NCBI GenBank assembly: GCA_001600815.1
Contig: BCKZ01000019.1
Coordinates: 435,981 to 499,980 of the forward strand
Reading direction: 5' to 3'
Length of the DNA stretch: 64,000 bases
Source of the DNA: Alloascoidea hylecoeti
Lineage: Eukaryota
Shown here: piece by piece, positions 24,601 to 35,703 of the stretch
Layout: each line of letters opens with the position of its first letter
Numbering within the stretch: position 1 is the first letter of the stretch
Notes under the pieces: generated by a model
The model's input: only the letters and a program-made list of their open reading frames with translations
Database searches by the model: none
What the model was told of the DNA's origin: nothing
Position numbers and translations under genes: made by a program

Positions 24601-25913
24601 CTTCATTGACTTTATATAATAAATATTTCTAAATTGTACTTCTCTTTAAAACAAAGTTAGTTCAGTTATTTAAGATGAGAAATTGTTACCTAAAATTTAT
24701 GACCACAGATCCTGAAACAAATCGTTTGAAACGGTTCGAAATGAGCTCTAAAAATGTTTGTAGATTCCTTTTTTAAAAAAAGGAATTACTCTGCGTTTAT
24801 ATAAACAATTTATACTTTAAAGCTAACTAATTTCATATCATGTTGTCATGTTGCTATTCGTCAGTATACCTATAAAGTTAGTATGAAGTTGGTATAAACT
24901 AAAAAGCTTAAGAAAACATGTGGCTATTTCCCATTATTTTATTAAGACCGGTTGGTTTTAAGAAAAACAAGGATAAGTAACTGAACATATCAAGTACTTT
25001 GGTTATATGAAGAAAAAAAAGAAGGGTAAATAGAAATGAAAATCAAGAAAAGTTACAATCGATATCACTCCAGCATTAAGATGTTATGTCTTTAAAGAAA
25101 CTAACGTAGGCTTAATAATTAATTTTATAATTTTATTAGATCTAAATTAAATTAATGCTGTGAGCTAAACCCTATAAGCCTCATGGTCGTTCGAGACTCG
25201 AACTTCGATAATATCAATTGAGTATAAAGTGACAACAGATTTGGGCCTAATTGTAGGCTATATGTGGTGGTCGTACATCATTATTAATTGCTGTATATAT
25301 TGGTATAAGATTTTATACGAAGTTTTTACGACCAATGCAATCTTAAGACCATTAATTAAATCTATCTGTCGTTGCCTTCTATCTGCATTAATAACATTAA
25401 TGTTTCTTGGGATAAAGCTTTTGGTCGTTCAAGCTATTGGACGAATATTAAAACAACTGGAGATTTGAATTTAATGTCAATTATACTTATATATCTCTTT
25501 ATATTAGTAAATTTTCTTAATATACCCTGAATTCAAGTAGCACCGATCTGTCTCCTGAACATTGATATTATATATTAGTAAAAAAAGAAATATGAAACTT
25601 GGTGGCCATAATATTCTTACACCTGATTCAATCCTGAGCACAATTCCATAAATCATTAAATCTTCAAGTGTTAACTATCCAATATTTGTTTCAATGCTGT
25701 ATTATTTGTAATGTCACTTTTTTTAACAACTTAAAGCATAGTTGATGGAAAGAAAATGTTAATGAAAGTGTGAAAGAAAAAGTAAATTAATTGTAATTAA
25801 TGAAACTATTCAATGAAAGGGAATAGGAAAAATGATTAAAGGGAGTTGTTAATTGTTAGTTTAAAAGCATAACTGTATAAGTTTTATATTTATATCTGTT
25901 TATTAAATTGATA

Positions 25914-27077
25914 TCATTTTTCGGGTTTCTTCCTATTAGTAATATCATAAAAACTTGAAATGCAACTACCACCGGTCCAAGTAACGTCCCTGCTTCTATC
26001 ACAACGACATTTCTTTTCAATAAAGATATCTTTATCAGCTGGACAGTTATATAAAGGATTATGAAAATAGCCAATATCATCAAAGAAATGGAATTTTTCT
26101 TTTGGCATTAAGAAACTTAATGCTAATGAATGAATTCTAGCATCATCCCATCTTTCATAATAAAGCCCACCATTTAAATCTAAATAATTAAAATAATCAA
26201 TATATTTTTGAGAATTCCAAAATGATAATTTACCAATTTCAAAATTGGTAAAAAATTGACATCCATTATAATTGAAATCATCAATGTTATTATTATTGGT
26301 TAACCAATTTAATAGATTTTCTTTTTCAATATATTCAGGATTTTTATTAATAAATTCTTTAGTTACATTCCATAAAGATTCCTTGTCTCCAAATAAATTT
26401 TTTGTTGCAATTGAAAACCCAAATTCTTTATTATTATCCTTCATAAACTTAAATATGTCATAATCAACATCACATAAAATTTCAATACCTGGTTCAATTT
26501 TCCAAAAATAATCATAATTTGCTAATAATTTATGTCTAAAGAAAAAACCGGAAAAATATCTATGAATATGACTACGAGTCATTGAGTCACCTTTATCTCT
26601 TTTTTTATTTTCTTTTATAACTTTTTTCGCCCTTTTTTTATTAACCCATTTAGGTATTGACCATTGATCTTTTAATGGTATATAACCATAATATGTATTA
26701 CCTGATACTAAATCTGATGTAGTTTCAATAAATCTAAAAGAAAATTGTTGATCATTTAAAAAAACCCAATCATAATTAAATTTATGATTAAATCTATCTT
26801 CAATTTGCCTTATTGATTTCATAATATCATATAAATCACTATCTCGAACTACTGATATGAAAACTGCATTTTCTCGTGGTGTTCTTATATTCTTGGCTGA
26901 AATCCCCGGTGCTCTAACTTCATCATTAAATGGGAAAACTACAACTGATTCATCGGTTACTGTATGATAATAGTTGTTTAATCTTTTTGTAAAGTTTAAA
27001 AAGTATAGTGATACTATAATGAGAATTGCAATAAGATATCGAAATACTCTTTTCGGAACATGAAATTTTATGAACAT
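25914..27077 (-). CDS. Alpha-1,2-mannosyltransferase, KRE2/KTR (GT15) family
   Basis: Type II membrane anchor plus RENAVFISVVR, EDRFNHKFNYDWVFLND, SGFFFRH, CQFFTNFEIG and YERWDDARIHS. Confidence 0.93.
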   Translation of the reverse strand: MFIKFHVPKRVFRYLIAILIIVSLYFLNFTKRLNNYYHTVTDESVVVFPFNDEVRAPGISAKNIRTPRENAVFISVVRDSDLYDIMKSIRQIEDRFNHKFNYDWVFLNDQQFSFRFIETTSDLVSGNTYYGYIPLKDQWSIPKWVNKKRAKKVIKENKKRDKGDSMTRSHIHRYFSGFFFRHKLLANYDYFWKIEPGIEILCDVDYDIFKFMKDNNKEFGFSIATKNLFGDKESLWNVTKEFINKNPEYIEKENLLNWLTNNNNIDDFNYNGCQFFTNFEIGKLSFWNSQKYIDYFNYLDLNGGLYYERWDDARIHSLALSFLMPKEKFHFFDDIGYFHNPLYNCPADKDIFIEKKCRCDRSRDVTWTGGSCISSFYDITNRKKPEK

Positions 27078-27190
27078 AATTGATAGGCTTATTTATAATT
27101 TCAGTGGGCGATGGACACATTCGCTCATAGCTAACCTTTGTTGTGAACTTGTGAGAATACCAAATCTATATTCGCATCACCTGGGTGTAT

Positions 27191-27206
27191 TGAGTGTACG
27201 GATGTT
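27191..27206. promoter_or_regulatory. Rap1-type site / telomere-repeat-like element upstream of the KTR gene
   Basis: TGAGTGTACGGATGTT (reverse strand ACATCCGTACAC, an RPG-box match), about 114 nt from the KTR ATG. An identical 16-mer lies at 42774-42789. Confidence 0.6.
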
Positions 27207-28739
27207 TATAACTTCTAATTAAAAAAAAAAAAGGGCACAAACATTTCCTACCACCCTTATGCTTCGAATATAGGTCCTCTCCATCGGTTGGCAGCTTGAA
27301 ATTATATTCTGTTTTTAGAAGTGACGAGCTGTCATTTCTTCGCTTTTTATCTATTTTTTAATAAATTTTTATACCCTTGATTAATATTCCAGAAAGAGTT
27401 TTTTTAAGATCATGTCCCGAACTAGCAATGGTGATTAATTTTCAATGAATAGCTTTTGAGATGACAATCTGATCTTATGTTGACTGAAATGCATATATCA
27501 AGGAGATTCTATGTATATTCATTATATTACCGATACATGCTAGTTTGGCGTGTTATATGACAGCTAACTTTATCTATCTAACCTTTTATTTCTTGAATAT
27601 TTGTGGGCTCTGAGCACATATTTTAACTATTTTTCTTTAAAGTATGGTATAATAAGCTAGGCTTCATATTTCATCTTTGGAATTTCCTTCTTAATTACCA
27701 CCATTTAAACTGAAGAATGACTTAGCTAATAAATGATGTTAAAGAACGTGTAAGGGTTAAAATTTTTGTAATTCAATAAATAGAATATTAGTGGATATGA
27801 ACAGAACCAGAAGAATGTGAGAATAAACAAAAGAGAGTATAATCAGAGGTCAATTATCGGTAAATTATAATTTATATAATTGACGTTTCTATAAGATTTG
27901 TAATATATTTCTATATCAAGAAAACTTGAAAACCATCACAGCTTATAATTAACTAATGTCCTTTTTTCTATTAATTGCAACAACATTTCTTTTAAACAGT
28001 TGGACGATTATTATATCCTGTAAAGGGTCAATTGTAAATGTCCATATTGAAACAATTTTTGCAATATTAGTGCTCATTTAGCTACAAGTTTATAAGTTAT
28101 ATCTCACTATGCATAGCTATAGCGATACAATACATTTACCATCAGCTTTCAAATATAAGCTCTTAAGGGTTTAAATAAATCTGGATTTGTTGTTGCTTTT
28201 CTATGTAAGTAATCGGGAATATTCAATCAGCAGCTTATTGAGTGGAGTTGAAACTTCTCTGACAAAGCTTCTTTATCTGTTAGATAATCCTCATGATCAT
28301 TTATACACTAAATTTTGATCCGATATGAAGAAAAATGATTATAATATTTATGATTAAAGAATAAACATTTTAGACATTGGGCCACGATTTTACATATAGT
28401 CCTGAGTTTTGTACCGTAAATTTATTCCAATTATTTTGTTTTCAAGTCGTACCAAGTGTTTATCCTTCAGGTTGTATCAATTGTTTTATCTGCAGCTGGG
28501 TCTAATTGTGTTTTTTGAAGCAATGTAAGTTAAAATCAAAATCATTTATTAATTGTGATTATTTACAACTATAATATAATGTTATAATGTTAAATGTTTT
28601 TTATTATAAAATCATAGCATATTCACCATCCCAATATTTCATCATTATATATAAGAAAATACTTAATATTTACATTATATATATTATTTTTATCAATACC
28701 ATTTTATCTTTCTTCTTAATGTAGTACTTAAGAGTAAAA

Positions 28740-30059
28740 TCACCAAGCTAAAACTTCTTTCTTTTCACTGCATTCCAATTTCTTACAGATGCCATCTAAA
28801 TCTTTAGCCATATCATTCATATCACCACCAACAAATGCAGGATTAATAGGATGTCCAGCTTTTTCTTCCTTGTCAAAATGTGCCTTAACAAGATCTTTGA
28901 CAACGTTTTGATAATATAAAACACCTCTTTCCTTTTGTGGATGTAAGAAACCAGTTGAATAAATTCCTTGATTTAAGTTCTTTTGAGTTGCTTCACAAAG
29001 ATCAAAATCTTCAATTTCAACTTGTTGCAAGAAATCAACAAATTCTTTAATTTCTTCATCACTAGTACCCTTCTTTCTGTAAATGTCATACATTAAAATT
29101 GTATGAGATGCTGAAACTGGGCATACTCTAATTGAATACCAGGCAGGTGAATAACAGTTGATACCATTACTTGGGAAAGCATACATCCACATACCATCGG
29201 TGTCACCACCTGTGTTTTTTGGTGCTTCAACTTCAACAACCTCTTCGACAATAGTTTTTCTACCAAGCCAATCAGTTGATTCAACCTTCTTTGTGATTTT
29301 CTTTGGTTCTGGTCTAACAACTTGAGCAAAATGACGGCAATAGTTGGTTTTGGGCTGAACATTATAGGTATTCATTTTAAAGGCGGTGTTTAAACCAGGA
29401 TGAGTAGTAGGACAATGATAACATTCTTGGTAACCATCCATCAAAGTTTTCCAGTTAAATTTACCATCTAATTGGTAAGACATGTGATATTCATAGTCGC
29501 TAAAATCATATTCATTCATTTCGTTTTCCATACCAACAAACCATTCATCAAATGGAATTGGTCCTTCTTTTGTGCTATCAAAATTGATGAATACAAGACC
29601 TTGATTTGTAACATGGGTTCTAATTGGGAATAATCCATTTTCAGCCTTTTCAAAACCTTCAACAGTATCAAAATGTGGTGCTTTTGTTAATTCTCCATTG
29701 GTATTGTAAGACCAACCATGGTATTTGCATCCTAAAACTAATGAAGATCCTTGTTCTTTACGAACAACTGGGAAAGCACGATGACGACAAACATTATGGA
29801 AAGCATGAACTTCACCTTGTTTGTTCTTAACTATGAAGAACTGAAGACCTGCAAATGTATAAGAAAGATAATCACCAGCCTTTTTTAATCTTGACTCGTG
29901 AACAACAAAGAGCCAACATTTGAAGAAGATTGCTCTCTTTTCTAATTCTAAAACGCTATCGGAAAGAAACCATGAGGATGGTAAAGTGTGTAAGTTAGCT
30001 TCGGGTTTGTCAGTTGGGATAGTAGGAGCAGATGCCTTTTCGATTTGAGCAGTAGCCAT
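28740..30059 (-). CDS. Rieske non-heme iron monooxygenase, CntA/YeaW/yeast Cmo1 type
   Basis: Rieske ligands NVCRHR and CKYHGW; mononuclear Fe site NWKTLMDGYQECYHCPTTH..EDFDLCE, with the bridging Glu and C-x-x-C typical of CntA. Confidence 0.9.
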   Translation of the reverse strand: MATAQIEKASAPTIPTDKPEANLHTLPSSWFLSDSVLELEKRAIFFKCWLFVVHESRLKKAGDYLSYTFAGLQFFIVKNKQGEVHAFHNVCRHRAFPVVRKEQGSSLVLGCKYHGWSYNTNGELTKAPHFDTVEGFEKAENGLFPIRTHVTNQGLVFINFDSTKEGPIPFDEWFVGMENEMNEYDFSDYEYHMSYQLDGKFNWKTLMDGYQECYHCPTTHPGLNTAFKMNTYNVQPKTNYCRHFAQVVRPEPKKITKKVESTDWLGRKTIVEEVVEVEAPKNTGGDTDGMWMYAFPSNGINCYSPAWYSIRVCPVSASHTILMYDIYRKKGTSDEEIKEFVDFLQQVEIEDFDLCEATQKNLNQGIYSTGFLHPQKERGVLYYQNVVKDLVKAHFDKEEKAGHPINPAFVGGDMNDMAKDLDGICKKLECSEKKEVLAW

Positions 30060-32303
30060 TGTTAAGTTTAGTAATTATATCAAGCAATGATAACGATAAT
30101 AAAAGAATAAGAGGGGATTTGAAGAAGTATTTATATAGATCTATAGTTATCAACGACCCCACTAAGAAACCTGCTATCTTACTCCTGCAATACTAGTTGT
30201 AGACATGAAAACCGATAACCATAATTATTTTAAATCGTAATCCTGTTGGGGTCATGGTACTCATTGTATAGAACACTAGCCAGATTACCTACGCCGTATC
30301 TCCTAATTGGGAAAATCTACGTATAGAACTGATTATGCACGAAGGGTTTCTTGACCGAATAGGGTAATCGACTGTAGCCTCTAACGATTCTGACCACTCA
30401 AATCTTTTTTTGAGATGTTGGAGAGGGAAATGAATATTGAATTACTATTTTTGGAAATATTGCAATGTGAATGTTTGTAAAATGTTAAGTGATGATAAAT
30501 GTTATATAGTCCCATATGTATTGATATCGATATCGATTTAGACAATTCCGAATTGTAGTACCGAAGGACTTCTCATACTTTATCAGTATCATACAATAGA
30601 ATTATTTCACTATATTAATAATAAAAGATATGAAATTCTCTAAAATTGAAAATTATCTCCAAATTTTATGTAAAAGACTATGATTTTAAAGGTATGTTTT
30701 GTTCGTTTAACCTAAATCCAAGCCTTTTAATTTCTAGCTAGATAAGCCTATTTCCCTTACAACTGTTATTACTGTTAAATACAATCTATTCCTTACCTTT
30801 TCCATTTAATTTTTGGTGCTCCTTTAAGCTTAATGTACCATATTGTTATAAGGATACCATTGATTTTTGATATCCCTAATGATTAATGCGGCATACATAT
30901 CTCGATTTAAAGTTCTTCTCAGCGAAAGCTTAAAAAGCCAGTTTGTTCATTATAATTATGATTTATCGAATACCAACAAATAGTGAATTATCTAATATAT
31001 CACTCACTATACACAAAGTTAATAACTTTCTCTATAACTGGTAGTTCAACTCAATTAATATATGCAATATTAATTAGAAGATGATAATCCTGAAATATAC
31101 TTGCAGAAATTCAAAAAATATCTCAAATCTCGCTATCGTAAAATCTGAATAGGCAAATTTTTAAAGAACAATTAGCCAGAAGTAAGTATAATTATAAGCA
31201 TTAGCTCTATAGCTGTGATGTCTGCATATAAACTGTAATGTTCAGATATATCTAGATATCTAATCAGCTATAGCGATAGATTACGGCCAATCATTTCGAT
31301 ATTTGTATATAATATTTACACTCTTTTATGCAAAAATTTCTGTTCAATAATAACTCTTGTTCAATAATCAACTTACAGCTAGTATGTGATCAAGAAGTCA
31401 CTAGGTATAGCCATACATCAAACCCTTCTGGAATTACTTGAAAGGGATAAAACAATAAAGTTCAACAATTATATCTATGGTCAGTAAAAATCATAAAGAA
31501 GAAGCTGCAATTCATAACCCGCGGGATTCAAATACTAAATGGTACGTCTAGTTATGCATGCTGATAATTTTGTACGTGTGGTACACAAAAAAATCATATT
31601 TAAAATACAGCCAATTCTATTTTTATAGCTGTATTCTGTCAATTAGTAGTAAATTATCTATAAGATCTTAATATGATAGCCAGCTAACTACTGTTTATCA
31701 TTGATATGTAACTGAACATAGAATGAAAATACAGAAATCTTGATTACATCTTATAAATTTATAATCAAATTATTAGTTAAGTTCTGAAATCTATATATTG
31801 TGATTGCTTAATTTTATCTTCAGCTTCAATTGTAAGACATTTCCAAATTAAGAAAAGAGAAACCGTGGGATGTCATTATTTGTTTAATTTCCGATTATTA
31901 TTCAAACGACTTTTAATTATGGATTCGCGAATTCAATCAAGTATCATGATCTTATGAATTGGAAAACATATAGGTATAACATTGAACCGCCAGCTATAGG
32001 TATGAATCAGTATTATGGTAACCTTATAGATTCGGAAACATAGAATGTATAACGCTGAACTGCCAGCTGTAGGTGGTGTGGTATGGCATAGCGTGCTATA
32101 CAATCATAATTATAATTACAAACATTGAAACAAACGTTAACACTGGACTGCCGTTTGGCCACAGGAATTCAATGATTATTTATAATTATTTCTAAAAATG
32201 GTTATAAATATAAACCATTACAATTATTTCCTATAACTAATATAAAAATCATTAATCTTGATAAATATATGTTTACTCATACGCATAGATTCATGATCAA
32301 GAT

Positions 32304-33878
32304 CTATTTCCAACTATCGATTCTCATTGTACCATTTTCTCTCAAATTTAAATGCATTTTAAATACTTTATCCAACATCTGTGGTTCATTCAAACTTTTA
32401 CTTTTCTTACATTCAAATTCAGCCCTTTTAAAGTACTCTAATAATAATGGTTTGTAAACGGGGTGTGCACAATTTTCAATAATTTTCAACGCTCGATTTC
32501 TTGGAGAACATCCTCTTAAATCAGCCAGACCTTGTTCAGTAACCATTATATCTAGATCATGTTCTGTATGATCAATATGTGAACACATTGGCACTATACA
32601 CGATATCCCAAATGGGTCAGTTTTTGTTGGTCGTGAAGATGGTGAGTGCATTATTCCTAATTTACCACTTCTTAAGAAATCATTCGAACCTCCAATACCA
32701 TTAACTAATTTACTCCCAGAAACATGACTTGAATTTGCATGTCCATAAATATCAACTTCAACTGAACTATTCATTGCAATAACTCCTAATCTTCTAATTA
32801 TTTCAGGTAAATTAGTTACTGATTGTGGTCTTAATATTAACATTTTTTTATAATCTTCCCAATTGGAATATAATTTACCAAAAGCAGCTCTACTGAAAAC
32901 TAAAGCAGTACTACTTGCGTAAACAACTTTACCAGATTCCATAAAATCAATAAAAGAATCTTGTAATACTTCACTCCAAACATATAAATCAGAAAATGGA
33001 CCATGAGCCAAACCTTCAATAACTGCATTTGCAATATTCCCTACCCCACTCTGTAAAGGTAATAAATTTTGTGGAAGTCTACCATATTTAACTTCATGTT
33101 GGAAAAACTCAATTAAATGAGATGCAATTCCACCACAAACATCATCAATTGGATCAGGATCAACTACACTATCCATTTCATCACTTTCAACTACAGCAAT
33201 AACTTTTGAAGGGTCAATTTGAATAGTTGGTGTTCCAATTCTATCAGTTGTTTTGCTAATTGAAATTGGTTTTCTATAAGGAGGGAAAACTGGAGGTACA
33301 CAATCATGAATACCCTGATAAAATGGCCAAATGTTTGAAGTATTAACTTCTAATATAATTTTCGAAGCAACACTTGTTAATTCAGGTACGGCTCCAATAG
33401 CAGGACCCATTATTAAACTTCCATCTTCTGAAATACCAGAACATTCAATAATTGCAATATCAATTGATGGTTCACTTGGAGGTTTATCCAAAGAATAAAA
33501 CCCATAACCAATATCTTGTATCCAAGAGCTTAAATGCTTATCAAAAAATTCAATTTCACCACTATTAACACCATCTGCGATGATTTTACCAGATTGATAA
33601 GGTGATCTTTTTGATAACATTTTATTTTTGGCCCATCTTAATTCCATTGGACCGGTTGAAGCGCCACAAAGTAAACTAAAACGAAGTTCACCTTGTAAAT
33701 TATTTGCTTCAACATAATCTGATAGCACATCGGGTATTTTTTTAGGAGCGCCAGCAGCTCCAAAGCCAGACCATCCTAAAACTTGGCCGTTCTTGAAAAA
33801 AGGGATACAATCTGAAGCCTTGGCTACTTTAGATAAATAGGGCGTGTACTTTATTCTCGATTTGAACAAGGAAGACAT
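32304..33878 (-). CDS. Acetyl-CoA hydrolase/CoA-transferase (Ach1 family), divergent paralogue
   Basis: LPLQSGVGNIANAVIEGL, VWSEVLQD (catalytic Glu), EVDIYGHANS and HTEHDLDIMVTEQGLADLRG. Likely start MSSLFKSR at 33878. GFGAAG and GGSND deviate from the usual GFTGVG and GGSAD. Confidence 0.9.
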   Translation of the reverse strand: MSSLFKSRIKYTPYLSKVAKASDCIPFFKNGQVLGWSGFGAAGAPKKIPDVLSDYVEANNLQGELRFSLLCGASTGPMELRWAKNKMLSKRSPYQSGKIIADGVNSGEIEFFDKHLSSWIQDIGYGFYSLDKPPSEPSIDIAIIECSGISEDGSLIMGPAIGAVPELTSVASKIILEVNTSNIWPFYQGIHDCVPPVFPPYRKPISISKTTDRIGTPTIQIDPSKVIAVVESDEMDSVVDPDPIDDVCGGIASHLIEFFQHEVKYGRLPQNLLPLQSGVGNIANAVIEGLAHGPFSDLYVWSEVLQDSFIDFMESGKVVYASSTALVFSRAAFGKLYSNWEDYKKMLILRPQSVTNLPEIIRRLGVIAMNSSVEVDIYGHANSSHVSGSKLVNGIGGSNDFLRSGKLGIMHSPSSRPTKTDPFGISCIVPMCSHIDHTEHDLDIMVTEQGLADLRGCSPRNRALKIIENCAHPVYKPLLLEYFKRAEFECKKSKSLNEPQMLDKVFKMHLNLRENGTMRIDSWK

Positions 33879-34185
33879 TTTAATTTTGGGGTAGAAATAT
33901 ATATTATTCAATTTATATTTAAATACGGTTTATTATACGGTTATATCATAATTATAGTTTTAGGTAAACTGAAAAGTGGGGTATTAAGTATTATCCCTTC
34001 AAACTATATACTATGGCTAACGGCGGTAGAGAAGAAGAAATGTTGTATTAAACCGGTCAGCGTTTTTTAAGGGCATTGAGACAAGCCAATAAAATTAAAC
34101 CATGGCTGTGTGGGGAATCTGGAGATGGTTAGCTAATATAACCGCAGTAAATATCACAGAGCCGGCTCTTTTTGAGATTATTAGA

Positions 34186-35703
34186 TTACGTAAGATTTAC
34201 ATGGACAGCCTTTGTTTGAGTATACTCTGAAAATCCCCATTCACCCAATTCTCTTCCAAACCCACTCATTTTAACTCCACCAAAGGGAACCCTTTGATCC
34301 TCATTATTACTGCAGTTCAAATAAACAGACCCAGCTTCTATTGTTCGTGCCAACCTATGTGCGCGTGACATGTCTTTGGTGAAAATCATTGCTGCTAAAC
34401 CATATTCGCTGTTATTGGCTTTTTCAACTACCTCTTCTTCTGTTTTAAAAGGCGCAATTGCAGCTACTGGACCAAATATTTCTTCTTTCATGATTGTCAT
34501 ATCTTCAGTCACATCTGCAAAGATTGTTGGTTCAACGTAATATCCATCGGACAAAGGGCTAGTAGTTGGAGCCTTACCGCCAATGATTAATCTCGCACCT
34601 TCTTTAATACCAGATTCAATATATTTTAATACCTTTTCTTGTTGTAATTTTGAAATTAAAGGACCAATTTGAACTTTTTCATCAAAAGGGTCTCCAATTT
34701 TATAATTATTTTCACAGTAATCAGCAAATTCTTTTATGAACTTTTCATAAATTGACTCATGAACATAAATTCTTGAATTTGCTGTACAATTTTGTCCCAT
34801 ATTATACATTATACCAAATGATGCCCATTCAATTGTTTTTTCAATATTTGCATCTGGAAAAACTAATAATGGTGATTTACCACCACATTCTAATGTAACT
34901 GCTTTTAAATTTGATGATGCTAATTTTTGTACAATTTGTCCTGTTAATGTTGATCCCGTAAATACAATCTTTCTAACTTTTAAATGACTCGCAATTGCTG
35001 CACCACAAGTATTACCAAAACCTGATAAAATATTGAAAACACCTGCCGGGAATCCTGCTTCTTTAACTAATTTTGCTAAATAAAGCATTGATAATGGTGT
35101 ATTTTCTGCTGTTTTCATAATTATACAATTTCCTGCTGCTAATGCTGGAGCAAATTTCCAACCAGCCATTGAAATTGGATAATTCCAAGGTATAATTTGT
35201 CCAACAACTCCAAATGGTTCATCAATCGTATAAGCATAATTTTCTTCATCTTTATGAATTAATTTATCATTTGATTTTGATTTATCTATCCATCCTGCAT
35301 AATATCTAACAAGAGCACTTGTACTATAAATATCATTAATTGAATTAGTTTGATATGGTTTACCTGAATCCATTGATTCAATTTTTGCTAATAAATGAGC
35401 ATTTTCATCAATTAAATCTGCAAAGTTATTCATAATTTTAGCCTTTTCTTCATGATTTGTTTTATTCCAAACATTATAAAAAGTTTTTGTTGCAATTTTA
35501 ACTGCAATATTAACATCTTCTTCTAATCCTTCATAAATTGATACAATTGATTTTGATGTTGTTGGATTGAATGTTTCGAATTTTGCTTTTGATTGTGATG
35601 GGACAAATTCGTTATTTATAAATAATCCAATTGGCTGAAGATATGCTTCACCTGTTGGAAGAGTTATTTCAACTTCTAATTGATCTTCAATTGATGATGA
35701 CAT
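34186..35703 (-). CDS. Cytosolic NAD+ aldehyde dehydrogenase, Ald2/Ald3-like
   Basis: IIPWNYP, FTGST, TLECGGKSP, GQNCTANSR, EEIFGPV and PFGGVKMSGFGRELG. ECGGK and CTANSR are Ald2/3-type signatures; no mitochondrial presequence. Confidence 0.93.
   Translation of the reverse strand: MSSSIEDQLEVEITLPTGEAYLQPIGLFINNEFVPSQSKAKFETFNPTTSKSIVSIYEGLEEDVNIAVKIATKTFYNVWNKTNHEEKAKIMNNFADLIDENAHLLAKIESMDSGKPYQTNSINDIYSTSALVRYYAGWIDKSKSNDKLIHKDEENYAYTIDEPFGVVGQIIPWNYPISMAGWKFAPALAAGNCIIMKTAENTPLSMLYLAKLVKEAGFPAGVFNILSGFGNTCGAAIASHLKVRKIVFTGSTLTGQIVQKLASSNLKAVTLECGGKSPLLVFPDANIEKTIEWASFGIMYNMGQNCTANSRIYVHESIYEKFIKEFADYCENNYKIGDPFDEKVQIGPLISKLQQEKVLKYIESGIKEGARLIIGGKAPTTSPLSDGYYVEPTIFADVTEDMTIMKEEIFGPVAAIAPFKTEEEVVEKANNSEYGLAAMIFTKDMSRAHRLARTIEAGSVYLNCSNNEDQRVPFGGVKMSGFGRELGEWGFSEYTQTKAVHVNLT

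Noticed and set aside
25229..25468. 79-aa ORF ending VVQAIGRILK, resembling SF2 helicase motif VI
   Set aside because: GTG start and no other helicase motifs; an alternative frame (NVSWDKAFGRSSYW) looks equally protein-like, so no assignment can be supported.
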